Below are positions 15,815 to 24,117 of a stretch of DNA of 30,155 nt, piece by piece. Below the pieces are notes generated by a model. It saw only the letters and a program-made list of their open reading frames with translations, searched no databases and had not been told where the DNA came from. A program made the position numbers and the translations under genes. How positions within the stretch are numbered: position 1 is the first letter of the stretch; every line of letters begins with the position of its first letter. The stretch covers positions 1 to 30,155 of the forward strand of contig JBBIMK010000024.1 in the NCBI GenBank assembly GCA_037444445.1, read 5' to 3'. The DNA comes from a bacterium (GTDB taxonomy: Bacteria > UBP7 > UBA6624 > JBBIMK01).

Positions 15815-15836
15815 TGCGACTTTTATGGCCGGGGGT

Positions 15837-16688
15837 TCATTCATTAAAGTCTTCTGCCTGAAGGCGCTGAATGTATTCTACGACTTGCTGGACGATGGAG
15901 TGAGGGGTAGAGGCGCCGCCGATGACGCCCACTTCATTCGCACCGGTGAACCACTGGGGCTGGATTTCTTCCGGGCTTTCAATATGGTAGGCTCTGGCGC
16001 CCTGCTTCTGGGAGAGTTCATAGAGTTTTCGGGTGTTGGAGGAATCTTTCCCACCGACCACAATCATAACTTCCACCCGGGAAGCGAGTTCTACCGCCGC
16101 CGCTTGCCTCTCATCCGTATCACTGCACCGGGTATTCATCACACGAATTTCTTTCGCCATTTTCATTAACTCAATTACGCATTCCGTAAAAGTATCCATC
16201 CGGAAAGTGGTCTGAACCACTACGCCTACTTTCTGATTCTGAAGTGGAAGGGATTGAACTTCTTCCGGGGAAGAAATCACAGATGCTTTCCCCTGGACAT
16301 AGCCTAAAACACCCCGGACCTCGGGATGGTCCTTCTTCCCCACAATGACCACTTCGTAGCCTTCATCCTGGAGTTTTCTGGCGGCTTTCTGGACATCTTT
16401 CACAAACGGGCAGGTTCCATCCAGGAGGGCAACGCCCTTCTGCCGTGCTTCCCTGTAGAAATCGGGAGGCACGCCGTGTGCTCTGACGACCAGCGTTTTC
16501 TTCTCCGTCTCTTCCAGTGAGGAGACGGGCTTCACACCGCGATTTTCAAAGCTCTTCACCACCGCAGGGTTATGGATGATGGGGCCCAGCGTATCCAGGG
16601 GACCCCGGGTGAGGGCTCGCTCGGTGAGTTGAACCACCCGCTCCACGCCGAAGCAGAAACCGGATACCCGTGCCACTCTCACCCTCAT
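15837..16688 (-). CDS. ispH: 4-hydroxy-3-methylbut-2-enyl diphosphate reductase
   Basis: ARVSGFCFGVERV, GPIIHNP, a conserved Cys in DGTCPFV, and NTRCSDT. ATG 16688 (MRVRVARVSGFCFG) is preferred over the ORF-track GTG 16706. Confidence 0.93.
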   Translation of the reverse strand: MRVRVARVSGFCFGVERVVQLTERALTRGPLDTLGPIIHNPAVVKSFENRGVKPVSSLEETEKKTLVVRAHGVPPDFYREARQKGVALLDGTCPFVKDVQKAARKLQDEGYEVVIVGKKDHPEVRGVLGYVQGKASVISSPEEVQSLPLQNQKVGVVVQTTFRMDTFTECVIELMKMAKEIRVMNTRCSDTDERQAAAVELASRVEVMIVVGGKDSSNTRKLYELSQKQGARAYHIESPEEIQPQWFTGANEVGVIGGASTPHSIVQQVVEYIQRLQAEDFNE

Positions 16689-16778
16689 ACCCGGTATAGT
16701 GTACACCTGAAAAAGAGGAAAAACAAGCCATCGGAGATAGTGATATTCAGGAGGGATTTACCGGATGGGAGAGAAGGG

Positions 16779-17678
16779 TCAGGACTCTAACAGGAAGTTG
16801 ACGAGTTTGTCGGCGAAGCGGTTTTCTTCCCGCTTAATCAGACGGAAGTGAATGGATTGGAATTCTTCTATGAGTTCACGGGCTTCCTGCGCCCGCAGGC
16901 TTAAGATGGGGTCTTTGACCTCAAATTCTCCCTTCATCTGACGAACGAGGAGTTCGCTGTCGGATGCGATGACGACTTTTTTGATACCTTTTCTGAGGGC
17001 TTCTTCCAGCGCCATCAGGAGGGCGTGGTACTCGGCCTGGTTATTGGTGGCTAAAGCGAGTTTTTCACCGAAGATGAACTTGATTTTCCCCTGTATTTTG
17101 AAGACAGCGGCGGAGGCGGCGATGCCGGGATTTCCTTTTGAGCCACCGTCAATGAAGATTTCGGCTTCTTCTTCCCGCTGGCGTTCTTTCTGACGTTTCT
17201 CTAACAGGGCAGTGGCAAAGGAAGCCACGCCTTCTTTTTCCCCCACGAAGCCCAGCCCTTCTCCCCTTTTCGCTTTCAGGTTCACTTTCTGTAGTTCTAC
17301 GCCGAGGCTTTGAGCGATGGATTGGCGGATGGTCTGCTCTTTTCCGGAGATTCCTGGCTCTTCCAGCCACAGGACCGCATCCACATTGAGGATGTCCCAG
17401 CCGAGATGGTGGATTTTCCGGGCGATTTTCTGAAGTAAATCGGGACCTGGAAGGTTGTGAAACTGTTCCTCCTTATCCGGGAAGATGTGCCCGATGTCGG
17501 GGGATCCGGAGGCGCCTAATATGGCATCGGCGATGGCATGGGAAAGCGGGTCAGCATCGGAATGCCCTTCTGGTCCGATTTCTTCAGAAATTAAAATGCC
17601 ACCGAGGTAGAACTTACGACTCACCTTCAAGGGGTGGACATCAAACCCGATTCCGACTCTTAAATCGGGAGCAGGCAT
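16779..17678 (-). CDS. ispF: 2-C-methyl-D-erythritol 2,4-cyclodiphosphate synthase (IspF) fused to a C-terminal RNase HI-type (RVT_3-like) domain
   Basis: Residues 1-160 are IspF (VGIGFDVHPL, GHSDADPLSHAIADAILGA, DIGHIFPD, KAKRGEGLGFVG). A charged linker KRQKERQREEEAE follows. Residues about 173-299 are RNase H-like, with all four acidic motifs in order: FIDGGSKGNPG, NNQAEYHAL, IASDSELLV, ENRFADKLVN. One uninterrupted 299-codon frame. Confidence 0.85.
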   Translation of the reverse strand: MPAPDLRVGIGFDVHPLKVSRKFYLGGILISEEIGPEGHSDADPLSHAIADAILGASGSPDIGHIFPDKEEQFHNLPGPDLLQKIARKIHHLGWDILNVDAVLWLEEPGISGKEQTIRQSIAQSLGVELQKVNLKAKRGEGLGFVGEKEGVASFATALLEKRQKERQREEEAEIFIDGGSKGNPGIAASAAVFKIQGKIKFIFGEKLALATNNQAEYHALLMALEEALRKGIKKVVIASDSELLVRQMKGEFEVKDPILSLRAQEARELIEEFQSIHFRLIKREENRFADKLVNFLLES

Positions 17679-18334
17679 CGCAGGACCTCCAGGTCTTCGG
17701 GGTAGGTTACCTTGAGTTGAAAATGGGTGGCGGGAAGAATTTTAACCTCGCACTGGCAAAGTGCCCTCACGAGGGTGGCATCATCGGTGAAGACTCTACG
17801 GGTTTTCTGTCGGCGTCGGTGTGCCTCTTTTAATAAGGAGGTTTGGAATCCCTGAGGGGTGTGAAGTTCCCAGAGATTTTTTCTGGGGTGAGAATTCACG
17901 AGAGCCTGCTGGCGAACCCTTGCGAGGGTATTTCGGCAGGGGGAAGCGAGGGTCACGGCGGGATGGGATTCCAGTAGACGGATGAGGGAAGAAACTTCAT
18001 CGGCGTGAAGGAGTGGGCGGGCGGCATCGTGAACCAGCACATGGGAAGTCTCTACCCGGGCTAAAGCCGCCTGAATGGAATCCTGCCGATTCTTTCCCCC
18101 CTTCACGATGCATTTGATTTTCTTCATCCCGAGGGCTACCACCCGTTTTTCTTGCTCCTGAAATTCATCGGGGGAAAGGGCGAGAATAATGGAATGAGCC
18201 AGTGGAAAAGAGTCAAAGAAATGAAGGGGATAGAATAATAGAAAATGGTTATGGAGAGGGATAAATAACTTATTTTCACGGAAGCGGGAGGAATGGCCCG
18301 CGGCGGCAAGAATCACATCCGGGCAGAGGGTCAA
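17660..18334 (-). CDS. ispD: 2-C-methyl-D-erythritol 4-phosphate cytidylyltransferase
   Basis: VILAAAGHSSRF P-loop-like motif, VLVHDAARP, and position directly upstream of ispF with a 19-nt overlap. The TTG 18334 start overlaps the yacL stop (TTGA). GTG 18316 is an alternative. Confidence 0.85.
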   Translation of the reverse strand: MTLCPDVILAAAGHSSRFRENKLFIPLHNHFLLFYPLHFFDSFPLAHSIILALSPDEFQEQEKRVVALGMKKIKCIVKGGKNRQDSIQAALARVETSHVLVHDAARPLLHADEVSSLIRLLESHPAVTLASPCRNTLARVRQQALVNSHPRKNLWELHTPQGFQTSLLKEAHRRRQKTRRVFTDDATLVRALCQCEVKILPATHFQLKVTYPEDLEVLRCLLPI

Positions 18335-19392
18335 TGGCGTGGGATACGGAAGGGTCGGGTGAAGATAATCCGCCCCGCAGAAGTCTGCAAAACGCTGGTA
18401 ACGACCACATCCACTTTCTTCCCCAGGAATTCCTCTCCCTCTTCCACCACAATCATCGTTCCGTCTTCAAGGTAAGCCACGCCCTGCCCGGGCTCTTTAC
18501 CGTATTTGACCACTTCTACCGTCATCACCTCTCCGTGGTGGACGAGGGGCTTGATGGCGTTCGTGAGGTCGTTGATGTTCAGGATTTTTACACCGTAGGC
18601 CGTGGCTAACTTATTCAGGTTGTAATCGTTGGTAATGACGGAACCCCGGAGGGAGCGTGCGACTTTAATCACGGCAGAGTCCACATCCGGCACATCCCGG
18701 AAATCTTCTTCGAGGATTCGGAGTTGAATGTCGGGTTCATCCAGCATCTTTTTCACCAGGTCCAGGCCTCTTCGCCCCTTCTCTCGTTTGACGGGGTCGT
18801 GAGCATCCGCGATGAACTGAAGTTCCTTCAGCACCGAGGTAGGGATGATGAAGGGGCCGTCCACGAAGCCGGTGGCGAGGACTTCATAAATCCGTCCGTC
18901 AATGAGGGTGTTGGAGTCCAGCACTTTTGGCGTAGCCACAGCGCTGATGATGGGATTATCAATATTCAGGCCGGCAAAGACATTCAGGCCTGCGAAAAGC
19001 GCGGTAAAGAGATAGACGAAAACGGTGAGGACGCCGAGATAGAAGATTCTGGACAGGAAGGGATTGTTGAGTATGCCACCGCCGAAGGGCATTAAGTAGA
19101 AGGGTGTAATAAACAGGACGGTGAAAATCAAGCCCACCAGGGCGCCTGAAACGGCGGAAATCACCTTGGATGGACGGAGACGCTGGACCGATTCTATGAG
19201 CCGGCGGTTGAAGTGGCTCAAGATACTCAGGAGACCATCGCTGGCGATGAAACCGATGATGCCGAATAAAGCCCCCGCAAAGGTCTTGTTAAAGGGATAA
19301 CGACCGAGATAGACATCCAGTATACCCCCGAAAATGAAGCCCACATAGGCGGCTAACAGGCCTACGAGGATCCCGAAGAATGTCTTATACAT
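18331..19392 (-). CDS. yacL: PIN- and TRAM-domain membrane protein (YacL family)
   Basis: About four N-terminal hydrophobic helices, a PIN-like region (VLDSNTLIDGRI..., ITNDYNLNKLA), and a C-terminal TRAM-like beta domain (GEVMTVEVVKYGKEPGQGVAYLEDGTMIVVEEG..VDVVVTSVLQTSAGRIIF). The yacL-ispD-ispF order matches the known Bacillus arrangement. Confidence 0.8.
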   Translation of the reverse strand: MYKTFFGILVGLLAAYVGFIFGGILDVYLGRYPFNKTFAGALFGIIGFIASDGLLSILSHFNRRLIESVQRLRPSKVISAVSGALVGLIFTVLFITPFYLMPFGGGILNNPFLSRIFYLGVLTVFVYLFTALFAGLNVFAGLNIDNPIISAVATPKVLDSNTLIDGRIYEVLATGFVDGPFIIPTSVLKELQFIADAHDPVKREKGRRGLDLVKKMLDEPDIQLRILEEDFRDVPDVDSAVIKVARSLRGSVITNDYNLNKLATAYGVKILNINDLTNAIKPLVHHGEVMTVEVVKYGKEPGQGVAYLEDGTMIVVEEGEEFLGKKVDVVVTSVLQTSAGRIIFTRPFRIPRH

Positions 19393-19912
19393 GAGTATTC
19401 CCGCTGATTTCTTGCGTTGGGTTCACCTTCTTCGTATAGATTTCCTGGAGGAGCATCTCGGCTTCCAGTTTCGTTATGTTCAGGGCGAAAGTCAACTCGC
19501 TGGTGAGCAAATCCTGAACCTCACGAAACATCCGGCGTTCAATGACGGAAAGCCCTTTCAGTTTATTTCTCCAGGCTAAATCGCGCCACACTTCTGCCAC
19601 TTTGTGAATATCGCCGGTCTTGATTTTACCCCAGTTTTCTTGATAGCGAGAGTTCCATTTGCGGATGGGGACGGATGGGGGGGAGGAGATAATCTGGACG
19701 ATCTTCGCGGCGGTGCTTCGGGAGACTACGCCGCGGAGACCACAGTCGTGAACACGGTCCACGGGAATCATTAACCGCATGTCTTTCATCAAGAGGTCGA
19801 TAATATAATAAGTGCTTTGCCTCCCGCCGACCTCTTTCAGTTCCATGCGGGTAATCGTTCCAGCCCCGTGGATGGGATGAGCGACCTTTGCACCCAGGGT
19901 AAATTCTTTCAC
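19385..19912 (-). CDS. carD: CarD/CdnL-family RNA-polymerase-binding transcription factor
   Basis: F.LG.KV.HP.HGAGTI......EVGG....YYII.L......L.IPV motif block. GTG 19912 was chosen because a perfect AGGAGGTG lies 6 nt upstream. The ORF-track start at 19936 is probably an over-extension. Confidence 0.88.
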   Translation of the reverse strand: MKEFTLGAKVAHPIHGAGTITRMELKEVGGRQSTYYIIDLLMKDMRLMIPVDRVHDCGLRGVVSRSTAAKIVQIISSPPSVPIRKWNSRYQENWGKIKTGDIHKVAEVWRDLAWRNKLKGLSVIERRMFREVQDLLTSELTFALNITKLEAEMLLQEIYTKKVNPTQEISGNTHV

Positions 19913-19939
19913 CTGGCACCTCCTGCACGGTTGCACATC

Positions 19940-19965
19940 TCCTCTTTCCTTTCTGGAAGAGGAGG
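19940..19965 (-). other. Hairpin in the carD leader
   Basis: Plus-strand CTCCTCTTTCC (19940..19950) pairs with GGAAGAGGAG (19956..19965) around a 5-nt loop and one bulged base. It lies about 28 nt upstream of the carD start and is not followed by a U-run. Confidence 0.3.
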
Positions 19966-20110
19966 ATGGTTAGGGTCCTCACTTCCCATATCCAGGTGGA
20001 CAGAAGGGGTAAGAGAATCCCCGAAATCACCGGATAAACAGAAAGAAGGTCCGCCCTTTTTAAGTGGATTTTGCTAACCGGGCTCTCACCTCCTGGGAAG
20101 GGTGTTTCAG

Positions 20111-20154
20111 AATGAAGAGAATAAAAGCAAGGCATTCCGTACAGGAGAGATGCC
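20111..20154 (-). terminator. Candidate intrinsic terminator downstream of clpC
   Basis: Minus-strand RNA GGCAUCUCUCCUGUACGGAAUGCC forms a 5-bp outer stem plus a 3-bp inner stem with a bulge. It is followed by UUGCUUUUAUUCUCUUCAUU and starts about 40 nt after the clpC stop. Confidence 0.4.
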
Positions 20155-20194
20155 AGAATATTTTGTAAAGGTATTTTCCTATGGATGTGAGGTT

Positions 20195-22684
20195 TCACTG
20201 GCCACCTGAAACCGGGGTAGAGGGCACCATTTCTGCTGCTCTGCCCACGGGTTTAAACAGAATCTCCTCCTCCTCGGTTACTTCTGCGATGACGGTGTCA
20301 TTTTCCTTGCAATCTCCGCGCAGGATTGCTTCCGAGAGGGGCTCTTCCAGCAGATGCTGGAAGGCACGCCTTAAGGGGCGAGCACCCTGCTCGGGCAGAA
20401 ATCCTTTCCGTGCCACCAGTTTCTTCACCCCCGGGGTTAGAACCAGCCGGATGTGCTGTTTGGAGAGCAACTCATTCAACCGCTCGGTGTAAATGTCCAC
20501 AATCTGGATGATTTCGTCCATCGTCAAAGGCTTGAAGACGAGGATTTCATCTATCCGAGCCAGGAGTTCCGGGCGGAGGGATTCGCGCACCTCCCCCAGG
20601 ATTCGCTCCTTCATCTGCTCGTAATTCTCCCGGCTGAGGGTTTCTCCGCGGTCTTCACGGAAGCCCATGCTCTTCCTGGACATCGTCAGTCGGGTGCCCA
20701 TATTGGAGGTTAAAATCACGATGGTATTTTTGAAGTTTACTTTCGTGCCCTGGCCATCGGTGAGAGAGCCTTCTTCAAAGATTTGCAGGAGGATGTTAAA
20801 GATATCCGGATGGGCTTTCTCTATCTCATCAAACAGGACGACGGAGTAAGGCTGACGACGAACTGCTTCAGTCAACTGCCCTCCTTCCTCATATCCCACA
20901 TAGCCCGGGGGGGCGCCAATCAGTCGGGACACATTGAACTTCTCCATATATTCTGACATATCCAGGCGGATGAGATGCTTCTCATCTCCGAAAACGGTTT
21001 CTGACAGCACTTTAGCCATTTCCGTTTTCCCGACGCCGGTGGGGCCTAAAAACAGGAAGGAACCTGTGGGGCGGTTCACATCTTTCAACCCGGCTCTGGA
21101 GCGACGGAGGGCTCGGGATAGGGTGCGGACCACTTCTTCCTGCCCCACGAGCCGACGGGCGATTTCCTCTTCTATATGGAGCAGGCGCTCCGCCTCGGTG
21201 CTCGTCAGGCGAGAAACGGGGATACCGGTCCAGTGATGAACCACCTGGGCAATCACTTCCGGGCTCACCGTTCGCTGGCTGTATTCCTTCCACCGCTCTT
21301 CCTCTTTTGTGAGTTCATTCTGGAGGCGTTTCATCTCATCCCGAAGGGCCGAGCAGCGTTCAAAATTTTTCGCCAGGACCGCTCGCTTTTTCTCTCTCTC
21401 CATCTCTGTCAGTTTTTCACGGATTTCCTGGATTTCACGGGGTGGGAAGGAAGCCTTGATTTTGATGCGGGAAGCGGCTTCATCCATCAGGTCAATGGCT
21501 TTATCCGGCAGGAAGCGGTCAGAGATATAGCGTTTAGATAGGTCTGCCGCCACGAGGAGGGATTCATCGGGGATTCGCACTTTATGGTGTTCTTCATAGC
21601 GTTTTCGGAGGCCTTTCAGGATTTCCACCGTTTCTGGCACCGTGGGTTCGCGGACGAGGATGGGCTGGAAGCGGCGTTCCAGGGCGGCGCTTTTTTCTAT
21701 GTATTTCCGATACTCCGAGAGGGTAGTGGCGCCGATGCATCGGAGTTCGCCCCGGGCCAGGGATGGCTTCAGGATATTGGAGGCATCAATGGCTCCCTCT
21801 GCAGCCCCTGCACCCACCAGGGTGTGAATCTCATCAATGAAGATGATGATATTCCCTTTGTTCTTCTTAATTTCGGATAGGATTCGCTTCAGGCGCTCCT
21901 CAAACTCACCCCGGTATTTGGTGCCCGCCACAATCCCAGCCAGGTCTAACGCAATGACCCGTTTTTTCTTCAGGGGGTCCGGGACGCGACCTTCTGCGAT
22001 TCGCTGGGCGAGTCCTTCCACGATGGCCGTTTTCCCCACTCCAGGGTCGCCCACGAGAACCGGGTTATTCTTCGTGCGTTTGGAAAGAACCTGAGTGACT
22101 CGTTCAATTTCTTCGTGACGGCCGATGACGGGGTCCAGCCGCCCTTCCCGGGCTAACTGGGTCAGGTCCTCGCCGAATTTATCCAGTGCCGGTGTATCTT
22201 CCTGCCGGACCTGAGGAGTCTCGGGAGAGGCTTCCTCTTCAGCCCCTTCCCATACCTCCTCTTCATAAGCCCGGAGGGAGGAGCGGAGTTCGCTCAGGCT
22301 GACCTGCTGGGAGCGGAGGATGCGGCTGGCTTCTCCTCGCTCTTTATAAATTCCCAGCAGGATGTGCTCGCTCCCGATGGTTTCTTCCGAGGTTCTCCGA
22401 AGTTCTTCAAAAGCCAGTTCCAGAACATCCCTGGAGCGGGAGGAGAACTGGACTGCATATTCTCCGCCGGGCTCACCCACGCTCTGGGTTTTCTCAATTA
22501 TCCGTCCGATAGCGGCGGGGTTCACTGCCATCCGCTCCAGAATTTTATAGGCTCTGCTTTCTGGAGTTTTCACGATGGCAAGGAGAATATGCTCCGGCTC
22601 CAGGAATTTCTGGCGCATTTGTTTGGCTTCTTCCTGGGCTCGGATAATCACATTCCGAGCATCACTGGAGAATTTATCCCACAT
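20195..22684 (-). CDS. clpC: ATP-dependent Clp protease ATP-binding subunit ClpC (class I AAA+, two NBDs, N-domain repeats, UVR-type middle domain)
   Basis: Clp N-repeats ([10 protein letters not shown] / GSEHILLGI). Walker A motifs [15 protein letters not shown] and [12 protein letters not shown]. Middle-domain [19 protein letters not shown] 22684 ([10 protein letters not shown]) was chosen because GAAGGAGG lies 9 nt upstream. The ORF track's extra 26 codons overlap mcsB. Confidence 0.95.
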   Translation of the reverse strand: MWDKFSSDARNVIIRAQEEAKQMRQKFLEPEHILLAIVKTPESRAYKILERMAVNPAAIGRIIEKTQSVGEPGGEYAVQFSSRSRDVLELAFEELRRTSEETIGSEHILLGIYKERGEASRILRSQQVSLSELRSSLRAYEEEVWEGAEEEASPETPQVRQEDTPALDKFGEDLTQLAREGRLDPVIGRHEEIERVTQVLSKRTKNNPVLVGDPGVGKTAIVEGLAQRIAEGRVPDPLKKKRVIALDLAGIVAGTKYRGEFEERLKRILSEIKKNKGNIIIFIDEIHTLVGAGAAEGAIDASNILKPSLARGELRCIGATTLSEYRKYIEKSAALERRFQPILVREPTVPETVEILKGLRKRYEEHHKVRIPDESLLVAADLSKRYISDRFLPDKAIDLMDEAASRIKIKASFPPREIQEIREKLTEMEREKKRAVLAKNFERCSALRDEMKRLQNELTKEEERWKEYSQRTVSPEVIAQVVHHWTGIPVSRLTSTEAERLLHIEEEIARRLVGQEEVVRTLSRALRRSRAGLKDVNRPTGSFLFLGPTGVGKTEMAKVLSETVFGDEKHLIRLDMSEYMEKFNVSRLIGAPPGYVGYEEGGQLTEAVRRQPYSVVLFDEIEKAHPDIFNILLQIFEEGSLTDGQGTKVNFKNTIVILTSNMGTRLTMSRKSMGFREDRGETLSRENYEQMKERILGEVRESLRPELLARIDEILVFKPLTMDEIIQIVDIYTERLNELLSKQHIRLVLTPGVKKLVARKGFLPEQGARPLRRAFQHLLEEPLSEAILRGDCKENDTVIAEVTEEEEILFKPVGRAAEMVPSTPVSGGQ

Positions 22685-23762
22685 GGAGGCTAACCTCCTT
22701 CTCTTCCACGGAAGTCTGGAGGAGGGAGCGAACCCAATCAGCCCGCACCGCCCGCAGGTCATCCGGCTCCTGCGATTTCTGTCCCGTTATCACTCCTAAT
22801 ATATCCGGGTCGCTGCCAAAGAAAATCTGGGAGGATATACGAACCGGAATCTTCTTCTCCATCCCAATCTCCAGCCCATAAGCCATCCGCACGATAGAGA
22901 TGTTGTAGAGAGCATCCCGAAAGGAGAGGAGGCGGGAATATTCCAGAGTAGCGTAGGATTTCCAAATTTTATCTTCCAGTTTCAAGCCCTCTTTTTTCAA
23001 AAGATATTCACGGGCATTGAGTTCCAAGCGTTCCGCTTCCTGCGCCACACTCTCCACGGTGATGATAATTTCGTCCTCGCTGAGGCTTAAAGGGGAGCGA
23101 TTATAAAGCAAGAAGATATTCGCTGGACCGTAGAGTTCCACTTTTCGGATTTGAACCTTTCCTTCCTTCCCTTCCCGGCCCAGGTTCAACAGGGTTTCCA
23201 CCCGGTCCGAATTCACCAGGGCGGGGAAGCAACCCAAAAGAATCAGGCGCATGCCCGTTCCCACCTCGTTCAGGGATGAGGTGAGATACCCGTATTTTTT
23301 GGAATAGGCGAACCGCAATTTTTTCCCCAGATAAGCGTCCAGCAGGAGAGCGTAGCGTGCCACTGCCTCCGATTGAAATCCGCCCTTGGTAATTCGGGTG
23401 GTCAAATGGTCGCCCCGGTTTAACTCAAACGCCACCTCTTCCGGTTCATCCAGAATCAGAGCCTCTCCCGCCTGGACATCCGTTGGGGTGATTAAGCCCT
23501 TCTTCTTCAGGAAGTTCGCCTCCTGTGAAGGGAGTTCAGACAGGAGAAAAAGGTTCACCTTCTTCCCCGCCTCGGTGAAGAAATCATCTACCACCCAGAA
23601 CGATTCCTGGATGACCCTTTCCTTATCCTGCAGAGTGGCTTTTTCCGGGAAGAGGATGTCCGCAAGGTTCCTCCGAAGTTCTATTCGGGAAGCCAGATAT
23701 ACGGGGTTGGTGGATTTCTCCATCCACGAAGAAAGGGAGAGAGGGAGGGAATTATCTGCCAA
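22674..23762 (-). CDS. mcsB: Protein arginine kinase McsB (ATP:guanido phosphotransferase family)
   Basis: Phosphagen-kinase-like core (SRIELRRNLADILFP, NEVGTGMR) and position between mcsA and clpC. TTG 23762 is preferred because AGGAGG lies 7 nt upstream and it overlaps the mcsA stop. ATG 23807 (ORF track) and ATG 23723 are alternatives. Confidence 0.88.
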   Translation of the reverse strand: MADNSLPLSLSSWMEKSTNPVYLASRIELRRNLADILFPEKATLQDKERVIQESFWVVDDFFTEAGKKVNLFLLSELPSQEANFLKKKGLITPTDVQAGEALILDEPEEVAFELNRGDHLTTRITKGGFQSEAVARYALLLDAYLGKKLRFAYSKKYGYLTSSLNEVGTGMRLILLGCFPALVNSDRVETLLNLGREGKEGKVQIRKVELYGPANIFLLYNRSPLSLSEDEIIITVESVAQEAERLELNAREYLLKKEGLKLEDKIWKSYATLEYSRLLSFRDALYNISIVRMAYGLEIGMEKKIPVRISSQIFFGSDPDILGVITGQKSQEPDDLRAVRADWVRSLLQTSVEEKEVSLHVG

Positions 23763-24096
23763 CTTCCAGCCTCCTGGTTCGCTCTTCTTGAAGTTTTTTG
23801 AGTTCATCGCGCACCGCTGCGGCTTCCTCGTAGTTCTCCTCTGCCACCAGTTCCTTCATCCGCTCTTCCAGATCCCTGATGGTGAGTTCAAGCCGAAAAT
23901 CTTCTTCTGTAAAATTTTCCTGGCTATGACTCGGAATGGGCTCTTTGTAGGTGTATTTCCCATGAATCCCCCGGAGGATGGACTCCAGTTTGCCGCCTTT
24001 ATCCGAGAAATAGGTGTAGCAGAAGGCACACCCCACCTTATACTGGTTTTTCACTTCCTCCAGGGTTACCCCGCAATATGGACAGCGTTCTTCCAT
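23752..24096 (-). CDS. mcsA: Protein arginine kinase activator McsA (zinc-finger + UVR motif protein)
   Basis: CPYCG..and..GCAFCY Cys pairs at the N-terminus. C-terminal UVR-type motif EENYEEAAAVRDELKKLQ. Sits immediately upstream of mcsB-clpC. Confidence 0.85.
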   Translation of the reverse strand: MEERCPYCGVTLEEVKNQYKVGCAFCYTYFSDKGGKLESILRGIHGKYTYKEPIPSHSQENFTEEDFRLELTIRDLEERMKELVAEENYEEAAAVRDELKKLQEERTRRLEVGR

Positions 24097-24108
24097 TGCC
24101 TTTATTCT

Positions 24109-24117
24109 ATTATACCA
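24109..24117 (-). promoter_or_regulatory. Extended -10 (TGgTATAAT) for mcsA-mcsB-clpC, overlapping the ilvE stop codon
   Basis: The minus strand reads GGGTGGTATAAT with the hexamer at 24114..24109. It lies 12 nt upstream of ATG 24096. The ilvE TAA stop (24112..24110) lies inside the hexamer. Confidence 0.45.

Noticed and set aside
15741-16169. 142-aa plus-strand ORF overlapping ispH
   Set aside because: It is antisense to ispH, which has diagnostic motifs. Its first part lies in the convergent intergenic spacer without start signals.
19626-20198. 190-aa minus-strand ORF spanning the clpC-carD spacer and the 5' half of carD
   Set aside because: It is out of frame with the motif-supported carD CDS, has a Pro/Arg-rich composition and has no SD. 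The spacer is better explained as promoter and leader.
22685-22762. N-terminal extensions in the ORF track: clpC 22685..22762, the oxidoreductase beta subunit 12622..12687, and carD 19913..19936
   Set aside because: The extensions overlap upstream genes and lack family sequence. Strong SD sites sit in front of the internal ATG or GTG starts instead.
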